NCBI GenBank assembly: GCA_024346625.1
Contig: AP024666.1
Span: 1,922,001 to 1,986,000 of the forward strand
Direction of reading: 5' to 3'
Origin: Williopsis jadinii
Taxonomy: Eukaryota
Length of the DNA stretch: 64,000 bases
How positions within the stretch are numbered: position 1 is the stretch's first letter; each line of letters begins with the position of its first letter. Shown piece by piece: positions 1 to 11,131 of the stretch. A model generated the notes under the pieces. It did not search any database. It saw only the letters and a program-made list of their open reading frames with translations, and was not told where the DNA came from. The position numbers were made by a program, and so were the translations under genes.

Positions 1-836
1 TCTTTCAACTCTTGTAGATGTGAGCCAAACAACACGTTTCTCAAATTGGTGAAGTCGCTGTGATCTGGGTCTTCAACTTTCAAGGTACCCCATGGGTATC
101 TTCTCACATGGCAAATGGACCCTTCAATCACCTCTGTATCGTAGGAGCCGCAAATTGCAAACGGTAAGTTCTGTCTCAAGGCATCAATCTCAGTTATGGT
201 CTCTGGGTCATCCGAATCTATCGAGAAGTCGTAAACAGGGATCCTATTCAGCTCTATGTCCTTCGAGATCAACTGTTTGTTCAACGTGAGCTCTTCTTGT
301 GTTAGGGAGTCCAGCTTGGATAAGACCGGTATGACATTGACCCTCGTACTTAACTCCTTCATGGCAACAACATCCAATTCACGTAGCCCTCGAGTGGTTG
401 GTCGGATAAAGTACAACAGCGCATGTGGTCTGCCATCTTTGAACTTGGCATCACGGTCGATGCGGCACTCCTCGTTCAACATCAGATCAAACTGCAGCTC
501 GAGGTAATTGACAATAACCGCAACACATGAAGTGTTATCAATGTTATCTCCAAAGCCTGGAGCCATGATCACGTCCAAGCTTATCGGCGTCGAATCCTTC
601 TCAGCAATGTTCACATGTATATCCAAAATATCAATACCTGGGTTCAAATGCGAGTTCTCAGGCGAAACCGTCGCAGTGTCCTTCCTGATCACGTTCTGAT
701 TGCACAAAGTGTTGATGAAGGAAGCCTTCCCAGTGCCCTCCTGGCCACACACCAAAAGAGTAAAATCAATACCCTTCTTGATATTTTTACGACGACGAAT
801 CTCTTCTGGTGATTGATATTGATTCTTCTTCCACAT
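1..836 (-). CDS. SPR28: Septin, Cdc11 group, probably sporulation septin Spr28; 3' end runs off the window
   Basis: Not in the ORF track because it has no stop in the window. Manual translation from ATG 836 gives MWKKNQYQSPEEIRRRKNIKKGIDFTLLVCGQEGTGKASFINTL...APGFGDNIDN...HALLYFIRPT...VNVIPVLSKLD...RRYPWG...HSDF, i.e. septin polybasic region, G1/G3/G4 and SUE. MSE cores upstream favour SPR28 over CDC11. Confidence 0.8.
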   Translation of the reverse strand, partial: MWKKNQYQSPEEIRRRKNIKKGIDFTLLVCGQEGTGKASFINTLCNQNVIRKDTATVSPENSHLNPGIDILDIHVNIAEKDSTPISLDVIMAPGFGDNIDNTSCVAVIVNYLELQFDLMLNEECRIDRDAKFKDGRPHALLYFIRPTTRGLRELDVVAMKELSTRVNVIPVLSKLDSLTQEELTLNKQLISKDIELNRIPVYDFSIDSDDPETITEIDALRQNLPFAICGSYDTEVIEGSICHVRRYPWGTLKVEDPDHSDFTNLRNVLFGSHLQELK

Positions 837-904
837 TGTCCAAAGCACTTCAAGAAGCTCTTGATGTAGAAATCATGAAATAAACCATCATCATCAACAA
901 ATAG

Positions 905-931
905 CACAAAATGACAACAAATTCTTTTGTG
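905..931. promoter_or_regulatory. Two middle-sporulation-element (Ndt80/Sum1) cores upstream of the septin
   Basis: CACAAAA at 905-911 and TTTTGTG at 925-931, 70-95 bp upstream of the septin ATG. Confidence 0.45.
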
Positions 932-1102
932 ATATCAACACCAAAACCATCAAGACGAGATAACACAAAGACAGCGTCCAATTGAGCACCAACGCTGTAG
1001 AGTCTGCCTGTGGTGGATGTGCAAATAAAACAGACTTCATTCGTTATGTAAATGATATTATACACTTAATTCTATGCTGTTGATTGTTCTTTTATGCTTG
1101 TT

Positions 1103-3373
1103 TTAGTCTGACTCCAAGTCACTCAACTCGTTGTTTGATTGTAGATCGATGTGTTCTATGATGCGTCTCAGCTTTCTCGCGTGATCACCTTCATCTTGGC
1201 CCTTACGCTTTCTCTGAGCTCCCTCTGGATCAACCTCTTCAGTGTTTGAGCTTGTAGCTGTGCCGTTATTCGGCACAGTTGATGCTGTGGCATTGCTGGA
1301 ATCGACGGCTGAAGATTTTACGGGCAAGCTTTCACGTTCTTCAAGTTTGGAACCCAGTGTTCTCCCTTGATAAGGAGTGCTTTTCTTTAATCCTTCAACA
1401 GTCTGTTTGGCCTCCACGGCGTTTTTATCTTCTTGATCTTTTTCAGCTCCCACAGTCACAGGCTTCTTCATGGAAGGTTTTCTTCTCTTCTCATCATCAA
1501 AAGAGGCAGTAGGCCGTCTACCAGTCATTCCCAGATGCTTTTGAATGCTGCTCACCGACGCTGGCCATGACTCAGCTGGAAATTGTTTGATATGAGTGTC
1601 CTTAGGTGAATCTGCCTCTGTTCTCTGCTTCTTCTTCTCTTCTGAGAGTGTAGATATTGATCCCTTGGAAACCTCAATCACACTCACTCTGGTTTTATTT
1701 GGCATCAAATGAGCGTTCTTCGTAATACTCGGCCCTGAGTTCACAGACTTCATCAACGGCGATCTCGGTAACGGTGGTAACTCTTTCTTCGTATGGTTTG
1801 TCTCTTTTTTCATCATTAATGACTGCAGCATTGAGGTCTTAGGCTCTAAAGGTCTGGTTTCGGTATCTGTTATACTCTCCGATGGCTTCTTCCCTGGTAA
1901 AACTTCAGGCACTAACTGAGGTTTGTTGGAAATGGCAATGGCTAGATCACTTTCGGATGATTTAAACTGCTTCGGAGACGGTTTTTTCCCATCATTGTTC
2001 TGCAACTCAACAGCACACGGCTTGCGATTCATATTATTGCCAGTGCTTGGAATTAGTGGTGTTGTAGTAGTTGTATCAACATGCGAATCAGTTAAACAGA
2101 CCTTACTGTTAGCATTAGACCCTCTTGTCTGTCCACTGGGAGGCTGTGTCTCAGTCAATGTATGTTCCTCAACTGCTCTCCCTCTTTCAACCATGACTTG
2201 TGGTTGAGCTCCCGTCAAAGTTGACTCCTCTAATGACTTATTCACTGTTGTATCAGCAGCTTCGTGGTCTGGCTCCTTTTTATCCCCTTCCAGTGGTTTG
2301 ATCACTGTCAGTGTGTGTTCTTCCGATGTGAGCTCCCCAATATTAGCCTGTTTAGCTGTATATACTGCAGTTCTCTTTCTTTCGTGTATTGGGCTTGTCA
2401 GTGTGGGTAAGTTCTTTAGCTCTGCATCACTTGAGACAGTGGTGGTGGTGCTGCTGGTGATCATATCAGCAGAATTGCCGGCTTCACCAACAAATTCTTC
2501 ACAGCATGCAGTTCTAATATCATCCTGTACAAGGTTGCCAAACCCACAGAAGTCGATCTTTCTGGACTCAGCATTCTGCTCCTCTGAGATGTACTTGTAC
2601 ATTTCCATCAACAGTGGGATGCTTACTTTGAACCCTCGGGTGGCAAAGAAGTTCTTTGGCCACTTGAGCTTGTTATCGATTGCAGATGCAATCATCATAG
2701 CCACCATAACATCCTCTGTTCTATACAGGAGACACACCTGAGTGTGCACAGTCATATTCATCAATGAAAGTGCCTTGTTCGGCAAGCACACAGTTGATAG
2801 TGACTCCCAGAACGCCACAACGTCATGATCCGATGAGCTCATCTCAAACTTGTTTTGCGGGTTCTTTTCCATGATCCTCCTCATCTGTACGTGCGGGTTG
2901 TAGACGTTGAAATCGCAGCACAGAGTGTCCATCACTATGAGCTCGCCTTTCAGTATTCCATCCTTCCATTCCCAGAACTCCTTGCTGTACGTGTTCAGAT
3001 TCTTCTTGAACTGCAGCTGGGCACCTCTCAATGCGATCTCCGTGCCTGTCTTGTGTAGTTCCAGCACACGCGATGCCAGAAACACCGCAACGGCACATGT
3101 GTACAGCTGATGATTCCCTGAAGTGATGGGCACACGCTGGTAATATCGTTGCAGGTATATCGTCGCCAGGAACAGCTCCGCACCTCGGCATATCTTCAGA
3201 TGCCTCATGAACGAGTACATCTTCTCCATCCTCGCCATCTCCTCCTTCCTCGTCATGCCGCTTCTCACGCTAGCAGAGGCCATGATCTGCTCCCTCGTGA
3301 AGATCCAGTCGTTCTGAGGAATCGCGATATGGTCAGGCCAGTACTCCGACTCGTCTCTGTATGTGCCACCCAT
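1103..3373 (-). CDS. BUR2: Cyclin T/K-family transcriptional cyclin (Bur2-like) with long low-complexity C-terminal tail
   Basis: First ATG at 3373. N-terminal WPD..IP.N.WIF motif and cyclin box (ATIYLQRYY, AVAVFLAS, FWEWKDGILKGELIVMDTLCCDFNVYNPH). Confidence 0.75.
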   Translation of the reverse strand: MGGTYRDESEYWPDHIAIPQNDWIFTREQIMASASVRSGMTRKEEMARMEKMYSFMRHLKICRGAELFLATIYLQRYYQRVPITSGNHQLYTCAVAVFLASRVLELHKTGTEIALRGAQLQFKKNLNTYSKEFWEWKDGILKGELIVMDTLCCDFNVYNPHVQMRRIMEKNPQNKFEMSSSDHDVVAFWESLSTVCLPNKALSLMNMTVHTQVCLLYRTEDVMVAMMIASAIDNKLKWPKNFFATRGFKVSIPLLMEMYKYISEEQNAESRKIDFCGFGNLVQDDIRTACCEEFVGEAGNSADMITSSTTTTVSSDAELKNLPTLTSPIHERKRTAVYTAKQANIGELTSEEHTLTVIKPLEGDKKEPDHEAADTTVNKSLEESTLTGAQPQVMVERGRAVEEHTLTETQPPSGQTRGSNANSKVCLTDSHVDTTTTTPLIPSTGNNMNRKPCAVELQNNDGKKPSPKQFKSSESDLAIAISNKPQLVPEVLPGKKPSESITDTETRPLEPKTSMLQSLMMKKETNHTKKELPPLPRSPLMKSVNSGPSITKNAHLMPNKTRVSVIEVSKGSISTLSEEKKKQRTEADSPKDTHIKQFPAESWPASVSSIQKHLGMTGRRPTASFDDEKRRKPSMKKPVTVGAEKDQEDKNAVEAKQTVEGLKKSTPYQGRTLGSKLEERESLPVKSSAVDSSNATASTVPNNGTATSSNTEEVDPEGAQRKRKGQDEGDHARKLRRIIEHIDLQSNNELSDLESD

Positions 3374-6300
3374 CTCTTTCACCGTCAACAGCGTCGTGGC
3401 TCTGTGTTGTTGTTGCTTTGTAGCTGTGAACTCTGATTCTTCCTGGTGAGCTTTGCTGAGAGCTTTAATACCCGTTGTGCTGGCGATGGAGTTTTTTCAT
3501 CTCTGCGCGGAGATTATGTAATCAAGATCGATGTGCTTATGTAAGCACATCATTGTTAGGGGACGCACCATAATAGCGAGCCCTGGATGGTGTGTAAATG
3601 CACCATAAACACCATTTTCAGTGGTTAGTTTACGCATCAGCTTGATCAGTTTGTGAGACTTGTGCAAGTTTTGTTCGCAGACCCGTCAGCTGGTGTTTCC
3701 AAAGCCAGCTTTGGTTCTATGTTGTGCAGCATTTAACTCGTTGAGACTCTTCTATGACGACGTTCCACTTGGGAAAGACGTATAGCCTACACGTTACAGA
3801 GACTGGTACTGCCTGGTACTGTACATATATACGGCTCCCAGTCTTCTTACAATTGTCCTCTCGAGGCTGTACTGAATTCATTCAGCGACAGCTTTCTCGG
3901 GTGTGTGACGTCTGGATTTGGAGGATCGCACCACTGGCTTATAGAGTTGGTATCCAACATGATCTTTTTGGATAGGTTTCATAACATGTGTTGGAAGCTG
4001 CCGGCTACATGTTACAGCTTACTGTAAAGCTAGGACAGCTTCTGCAGTCTTTGAGGTAATGATGATATCATCATCAGTATATCTTTGGAAGGTTGAAGTC
4101 GCTTAGGTAGATGCATGTAGAAATAGGTTTATAGGACCCATTGTGGTTTCTACATGGTATATGTAGGCACTGGACTCAGGTCCCACACTTTCACCCCCCC
4201 CCCCGCTCATTTTACAAGAAGGAACTGGAAATATTATTCAAGAGGTTCAATTAGGCGGACATTTGATGTACAGTCGAATAGTCAAGATGCCCATGAGGGT
4301 GCTCATTTCACCCAGACAGTCAAAAATGGGATGTTTTACAACAATCTACCTAATTTGGAACATCATCAACACAGCAACGCGCTGATTCATGGTTTATTAA
4401 TGTAAACAATTCATCTCTCAAGATCAATTCAATGAGTTATTTTGTTATATGTCTTTTGACCACATACATGTTTTGTCACTCATTCATTTTGAGATTTACA
4501 GTTGATGATTTATACCTGTGAGTCTTGGGTTTCCCTCAATAATAAATAACAGGCGATCACGTAACATCAACAAGCTTGGACCGATAATTCGTATTAAAGA
4601 GATAAGCTACACTAGCTGGTGGAATACACTGAGTCATATCTGAGCATGTTTCAATTAAAGTCTAGATCTCTTGTGATACAGGTATAGCCACTCCTGTATT
4701 CTTCGGTGCCTAATCAACTCAATCTTGCGGGATGCAGACAGAAGAACATGTCGATCAGAGGAGAAGCCTTACCTCGTGTAAATGATTAACATTTAGGCTG
4801 GGCTACGTGTCACATACTCGTCAGGATTCCACCGGTATGCAGCTCTACAAACTCTCTAAGGCTTCTATGTCACCAGATGTCTCATAGTTATCTCACACAT
4901 TTCAAAAGATACACCCCCTTGGCCTCAACCATCCAGTGAAGTGGAATCAAGATTACAGTGTGTATATGCACCATGTAAATAAGAGACACCAGTTCGACTC
5001 TCAAGCCCCCCTCTTTCCAATGGGTTCAGTTTATAATAAATCGTACGAGGAACACCTCATAGTAGACGTCGGCTTAGGGAGCCATACGCCTATCCTCTAT
5101 TGGTCCACCAAACAACACTGGGATGGGAATAACGTAAACATTCATAACAGCAAGCTGAACCAGCGTTGATAAATCAAATCTCAAGTGATGTCAGTTGAGC
5201 TTAGATCAAACACACTATCCTGGGATTGTAAACTGTAATCCCACCATAGACCGGCCATTCGCAATTGCATGGACTGTAAAATATCCCTCATGCACAATAG
5301 TGTTGGGTACATGGTACACAATGCATCACGATGCTTTTGTATAACAGTTCGCTGGTGATCAAGCGTATTTAGCACTTCATTAATCGTCGACCTTGTCCCT
5401 CTAAAGTAAGGTCCGTGCTGATACGCACAACTGTGCGTCAGTTTGCACCTCATTAATTTGGCTCAAGCTCTCTAGCATAAACTATGCGAGAAGCGACAAC
5501 TGTGCATTTGAGATTGAGTTCGTTACGCACTCACGTAGATCTTAAGCCTGCGTCGCTTCAGTATGGAAATTTTAGAATTGGATGATCTTTATTAACTTTC
5601 GTGATATACCTTTAGGCGATTTCGGTGTTTCCCATCAAATAGCAATCAAGATTTGTTGTTGATTTTAAAGCTGCAACCCCCTTGGTGATGGAACTGTAAC
5701 GTACCTCGCAAAACCGAGCGGACGTTTTAACTTCGGTAGTTATTCATTGCCATGTATCCCCCAATCAGCCCATATATACTACTTCATGTGCACTATACTT
5801 CGCTCGTATTATTTTTTAGTTTTAGTTTGAGAGGTTTTCAGACATTTGAGAATAGTTCTTGTATATAGCCTCACCCGAGAATCTCGACGACCGCAGGTCG
5901 CGATAGCCCAACCTTTCAATGATTATATTCAACTTTGCTACTGGTATGAAACTGCAAAGTAGTATATCAACTCATGCGGCTGACAGCAGTACTATTGACT
6001 CGATTCGACTCTGTATTTCACACAAAGTTTAACTCAACATTTTGAGGCTGTACTGATAGTTTAGCCAAATGTTATAGAGAATGTTAAGACGCCATCGTCA
6101 CTCACATACATGAGTATTATGTAAGTCACGATTGGAATGTTAACCTAAGTTGAATAAATAACTTGCCACTCTCAAACATACATCGCATACAACCGAATAT
6201 CGTTTGATGTTCTGATCATTCGAGGATTCGTTAGTGCATCGTAATATTTCAGGACTAACAAGAATGCGGCTTCGTATGCCTGAATTCTATCCGAACGTTT

Positions 6301-9300
6301 GATGATTAATCAACAATAACTGAAAGTCAATTACCTGTGGCTTTCAAATTTCTTGGAAGTTCATTCTGGTGAAGTACACGTCTCGGAATTATGCGTTCAA
6401 ATGGGGCAACTTGTTGGGGGCAGTAAACACTTGTGGTTAATACGTGGTAGACCGTCGATCTCTGCGGCCGTGTATCGCGCTTAAAAGCTTGACGCAGCGA
6501 AATATGGATTCAGGTATGTTCTGTGCAAAGTGATAAATAGCGTGATGACATAAGCTTGACAAGTTGAGTAGTCATCATGATGGATCTTCTACATGATATA
6601 ATACACTGTACTTTACACATTGCACAGATTTTCACCTCAAAACAACGTGTCCTACCTTTTATTGTTCAGCATCCACTTCTCTTTCCAGAGTTGGAACACG
6701 TTGAAGTTTTTCAATATGTTTGAGCCGTACAGTCATGTCTACCAAATACAGTTCAGCATCGCGTAGATCCCCTCGACGCTCATGATTTGCATAATCCGTT
6801 AAATACTAACCTGTGGAAGGAGAAGAGCGTCGTTGAGCATTTTACATATAGTCATGAGCGTTGGACCTTTTCTTACTGATGCAGGAAGGTATTTTGCCTT
6901 AAACTGGGTCCAAACCAAAGGGAAGATTTATATATAGTGTACTCAAACTTGGTTATAAGGAGCCTTCTCTTCCGGCCGATAGACATGTGTGTACTACAAA
7001 CTTGGCCTAATGTCACATACTTGGCATTTGTACAAACTAGTGGCGAAAAGGGCTGGCCTCTTTCAATTCGGATCCACCCAGTGAAGAGTGGATTATATAG
7101 CTTGTTTTGTTACTTTACAACTGAAGTACTCCTACACATGAAGTTGCATATCTGTGCTTGATTTTTTGCATCTTAAACTTGGAAACCTTTGCCTAAATTT
7201 TGATCTCATGTACTTTTCAAGTCGCAAATCAGTAGAGGATCAGCACCTCAGGAAGGAAGAGGCTGTTCACCTATGTGATGCATGTTACTTTTTCGATTCA
7301 AGATCTAGAATGTGTTCTGCTTAATTCCATGGTATATTCCTGGTACAGTTCGACTCAATTCTGTGTTGTAATGCGTTGTTGTCATTGATCTTCAGTGGAA
7401 ATGGAATCCTTGAAGAGGGATAAAGGCATAATCATAGGACCAACTACGAACAACATGGATGGCTATTTAGTTGGTTGGTTAAACGTTGACCGAGAACTCT
7501 GAAGACTCAGCGAAACAGGCCACCTGGTGGTGGGATTAAAGTTAACTTCGCATTTGTACATTGCTATTATATCGGCCGTACGATGATCTTTTTTATTCGC
7601 CAATTTAACCACATACTTATGCATCTTCGTAGCTCGGATACTGCCATGGACTCGGGATTTGTATGCTGGCTGATAAGCTCCTTAAGTATTGCATACTGGT
7701 GTAGTTTAGTTCCTATACGCATCGACTGAGTACGCAATATAAACAATAATGCAATGTTAAAATGGATGTTAAAATGTAGAATCCATTCTCAAATATATGT
7801 GCATCAGAAAGTCTTCAGCACTGGAATAACATATGTACAGGAGTTGAGGTTTGAGTCGCTCAAAGATAGAACGGTTTCTTCTTTTTCATTCATCCTTGCC
7901 AACCTTAATGGTGGAGTCAGGGATGTCACTTGAGATAAACGATCTACAAGTCAGTGTTATCTGGCCAGCATCGTCAACATTGGGAGCTAAATGCACCATA
8001 GGACAGAAGAACACGTGGAGATTGAACATCAATTGTGGATATTACTGGTTAACCTCGGCTTATCAAACAAATCATCGCCCTCAATAATGATAGGTATGTG
8101 ATCTCAAGCCAAATTACAGAACAGTGATTGCACCTGGAGATATAAACACATCAGTTGTCTTGGTATCCAGACTCAAAAAGTATAGTTCACTCAATTAACT
8201 GTACACAGTAAATACCCTCATTGAGGCCATACCGACCATGTTCACTAACATTAGTACAGATGTTAACGCATTACCAAAGTTATGACCTTGATGGCGTATT
8301 GGATTATCTCTTTGGAACTGCCATGTAGTGAGATTTGATTTTTAACAGTCGAAACATTCATCAATGACCTTTTACTCTTCTGCCCAAGGCTAACTCACAA
8401 CACGAATGTCATGAGATCCTCATATAATCCGCATGCACTTCGAGTGTCGACTTCCCACACCATCCTCAATTGTGGGCCGCCATATCAACGGACGCAAGTT
8501 TGTTGAGGACATCCCGAAAATTATGACGTAACTTCTTAGGAGTCAAATATCCGCAGTAAGTCACGTTAAATTACGCTGTAGCGCTTAAATTTCAGATCTG
8601 ACACAATTTTAATTGACCTCTTAGAAAGTGCCAACTTCTGGGTTTCAATTTTACAAGTTCTATTGATTATTGATTACATACATTTACACTTGAGAACCTG
8701 TTTTATCATGGAGTCTGAAATTTTTGGATGTTTAATAATTCCTTTTTTTTTTCATTACGTTCTTGAAGTGGTTGTAAGTTGCCGTTAATTCTACACCTTA
8801 CTGCAAAGCTGCTTAAGTTGCACATCCGACACGTCAGTTTTACGAAGTTAAGATCATGAGCTTTATCACTTTCAAAGTCATAATAATTATGCTGCAGTAG
8901 ATATGGTCTAGCAGAGATAGAATATTGCAGGCCTTCAAGAATTCTATTGTGTAAGGCGGAGAAAGCAATATTCTGCTTCTTTACAATAGGACTGGACGCT
9001 GCTTATGATTGGGTTGAAGAAAGTTGTCGATGACTAGGAAGGACTAAACTTCATACATCACGTTTTGAACAGTACAGATTGGAACCGATTCTCAGAGAGG
9101 ACACATAGATGATGCTGCCCTCCATCCCCCTAAGCGAAGTCATGTGGGTATGGGTTAATAACTCTTTCAGCTAATGTCAAAACGGAGAATCCTAAGCCCA
9201 ATAGCATGCGCAATAGGTGGAGTTTGCAACCTTTCCTTAGCCTTTAAATTATAAGATTGTGAATTCGCAGCTTAAATACTTTGCCAAATGGTTCGTATTT

Positions 9301-10290
9301 CATTTGGAACGCTCTTGTGAATCTATGTTAATTCGTTAGACAATGCAGCTCTCTTTCTTCTCTCTGATATTGCAAAGAGGTGTACTAAGAAGTTAAATCA
9401 TACCTCCGTTGACGAAAGAACCTCACGGCAGTATAATTTATGAACAGTGTGATTTGCAACTTGCAAGAAGTTCTCGTAAAGTATGTGCATACATACAACT
9501 TTTATCTGTCTATCTAGAAGAACACGAGTCGTAAATATAAATTACTACAGATGATTTCTGGTGAAGAGAATGTATTCGTCCTTGAATTCCATGCTCATGC
9601 TCATAGTCAGCTACCTGTTAGCTGTTATGGGTCTATATAGATGCCACGTACTACAATTTTTCAAGCGTGTAAATCGAACGATAACGATTATGGGGAGGCA
9701 ATTTATTTATCAACGGTACAAATGTTTTCACGAACAAAGGATTCACAGCACTGAAAAATCTAGACAAATTTTGGTAAGCTTACGGGTGCCATTGACTTCT
9801 GTTTAGCTAGTGTCAGTGGAGCCATATATGTCTATGACCTGTCTCGTACAGTTTTGGTCAACCAAGTTTAGGTACCTTGCCAACATCAGGTGGACCTTGA
9901 ACGCACCTCTAAAGTATATTCCACCGCTCGTTACCCTGGCCAATATGTTGGTCACTGTGCATATTAGCTTACATTACATTGCATAGAGTGATCTTGATGT
10001 TGTGTCATGCACCATTAATCTGCGCCTCAATGTTCACAATTCTTTTTCTTCTTTTTTTGCATCAGCAAAGGTTGTAGGAAATTATACCACATTTGAATGT
10101 CCCGTCCAGTAACAAACTGAATGACTGTGCATGATGCACGCTGTACATATTTGTTCCCACAAAGATTTCTTTTTGAACACTCGGGTCGTGTAAATGTTAA
10201 AACTCGTTTCTCCTCCCTTTACAAAAGGGTACTATAGCGAACGCACTAGGTGCATACGTACATACATCAAAGGCTCTGTATTTAAAGAGA

Positions 10291-10304
10291 TATATATATA
10301 AAAA
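10291..10304 (+). promoter_or_regulatory. TATA box of the Zn2Cys6 gene
   Basis: TATATATATAAAAA about 105 bp upstream of the TTG at 10406. Confidence 0.55.
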
Positions 10305-10405
10305 CCAACGGAAATCTCCAAATCGTTCCCCCTAACTTCCTGAAGACGGTAACTTTAAACATACAATTCTTAAGCATATACACATCACACATCAGCATAG
10401 AGAAA

Positions 10406-11131
10406 TTGGTTACTATCGTTCAACTACCACCAATCTCACAACTAATTACAGCTACACCACCACCTCCTCCTCCACATCGTAATTCAGCACCCGCGCTTGG
10501 TTCCTCTAGACTTTCATCAACAACGTCAACAACGCCAAACTCCCTTCCACAGTCACCATCAGTGTCACCAGTTCATCATCTTCCAACACTGTTTACAGAA
10601 CTCAAGTCTACAGCTCAATTCAGTGGGGAAAAAGAGTTGTATACACACTCGGTACATCCACAGTTTGAGCCTCAAACCGTTTACGGTGCTCCAATACCGC
10701 AGCCTCAAATTCAGATACCACAACAGTCAACTTTCCAAGAAATACAGTACGTTCAACAACCGCGTACCCAATCCACTCCTCCACACCTTCCTGTCTATGC
10801 TCAACTCTCAACCCCAGTACTATACGTTACCTCACAGGGCGCACCAATGTTACCTGATTACTATCATCAACAGATGTATCAAGCAGCGGTTCCACCAAGT
10901 GTGAATGTCCAAGATCTCAACATGCGTCCAAAGAGGGCCATCAAGAGAAGAACTAGAACTGGCTGCCTCACATGTCGCCGTAGAAGAATCAAATGTGATG
11001 AACGCAAACCGGGTTGTCGCAACTGTGAAAAGAGCAGAATCTGTTGTGCTGGATATCAACGTGTCAAGCCAACAAAGCAAGAGATCAAGAAAATCACCAG
11101 ACAGATGAGTGTCAACACCATCTTGTCATGA
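10406..11131 (+). CDS. Small Zn(II)2Cys6 transcription factor with C-terminal zinc cluster; probable UUG start
   Basis: [37 protein letters not shown] cluster, Pro/Gln/Ser-rich N-terminus with LPPI motif. Frame is open from TTG 10406; first in-frame ATG is only at 10847. Confidence 0.85.
   Translation: MVTIVQLPPISQLITATPPPPPPHRNSAPALGSSRLSSTTSTTPNSLPQSPSVSPVHHLPTLFTELKSTAQFSGEKELYTHSVHPQFEPQTVYGAPIPQPQIQIPQQSTFQEIQYVQQPRTQSTPPHLPVYAQLSTPVLYVTSQGAPMLPDYYHQQMYQAAVPPSVNVQDLNMRPKRAIKRRTRTGCLTCRRRRIKCDERKPGCRNCEKSRICCAGYQRVKPTKQEIKKITRQMSVNTILS

Noticed and set aside
4059..4074. Palindrome ATGATGATATCATCAT containing a C-box-like ATGATGA
   Set aside because: No convincing D box, terminal stem or rRNA guide seen; low-complexity (ATG)n/(CAT)n junction.
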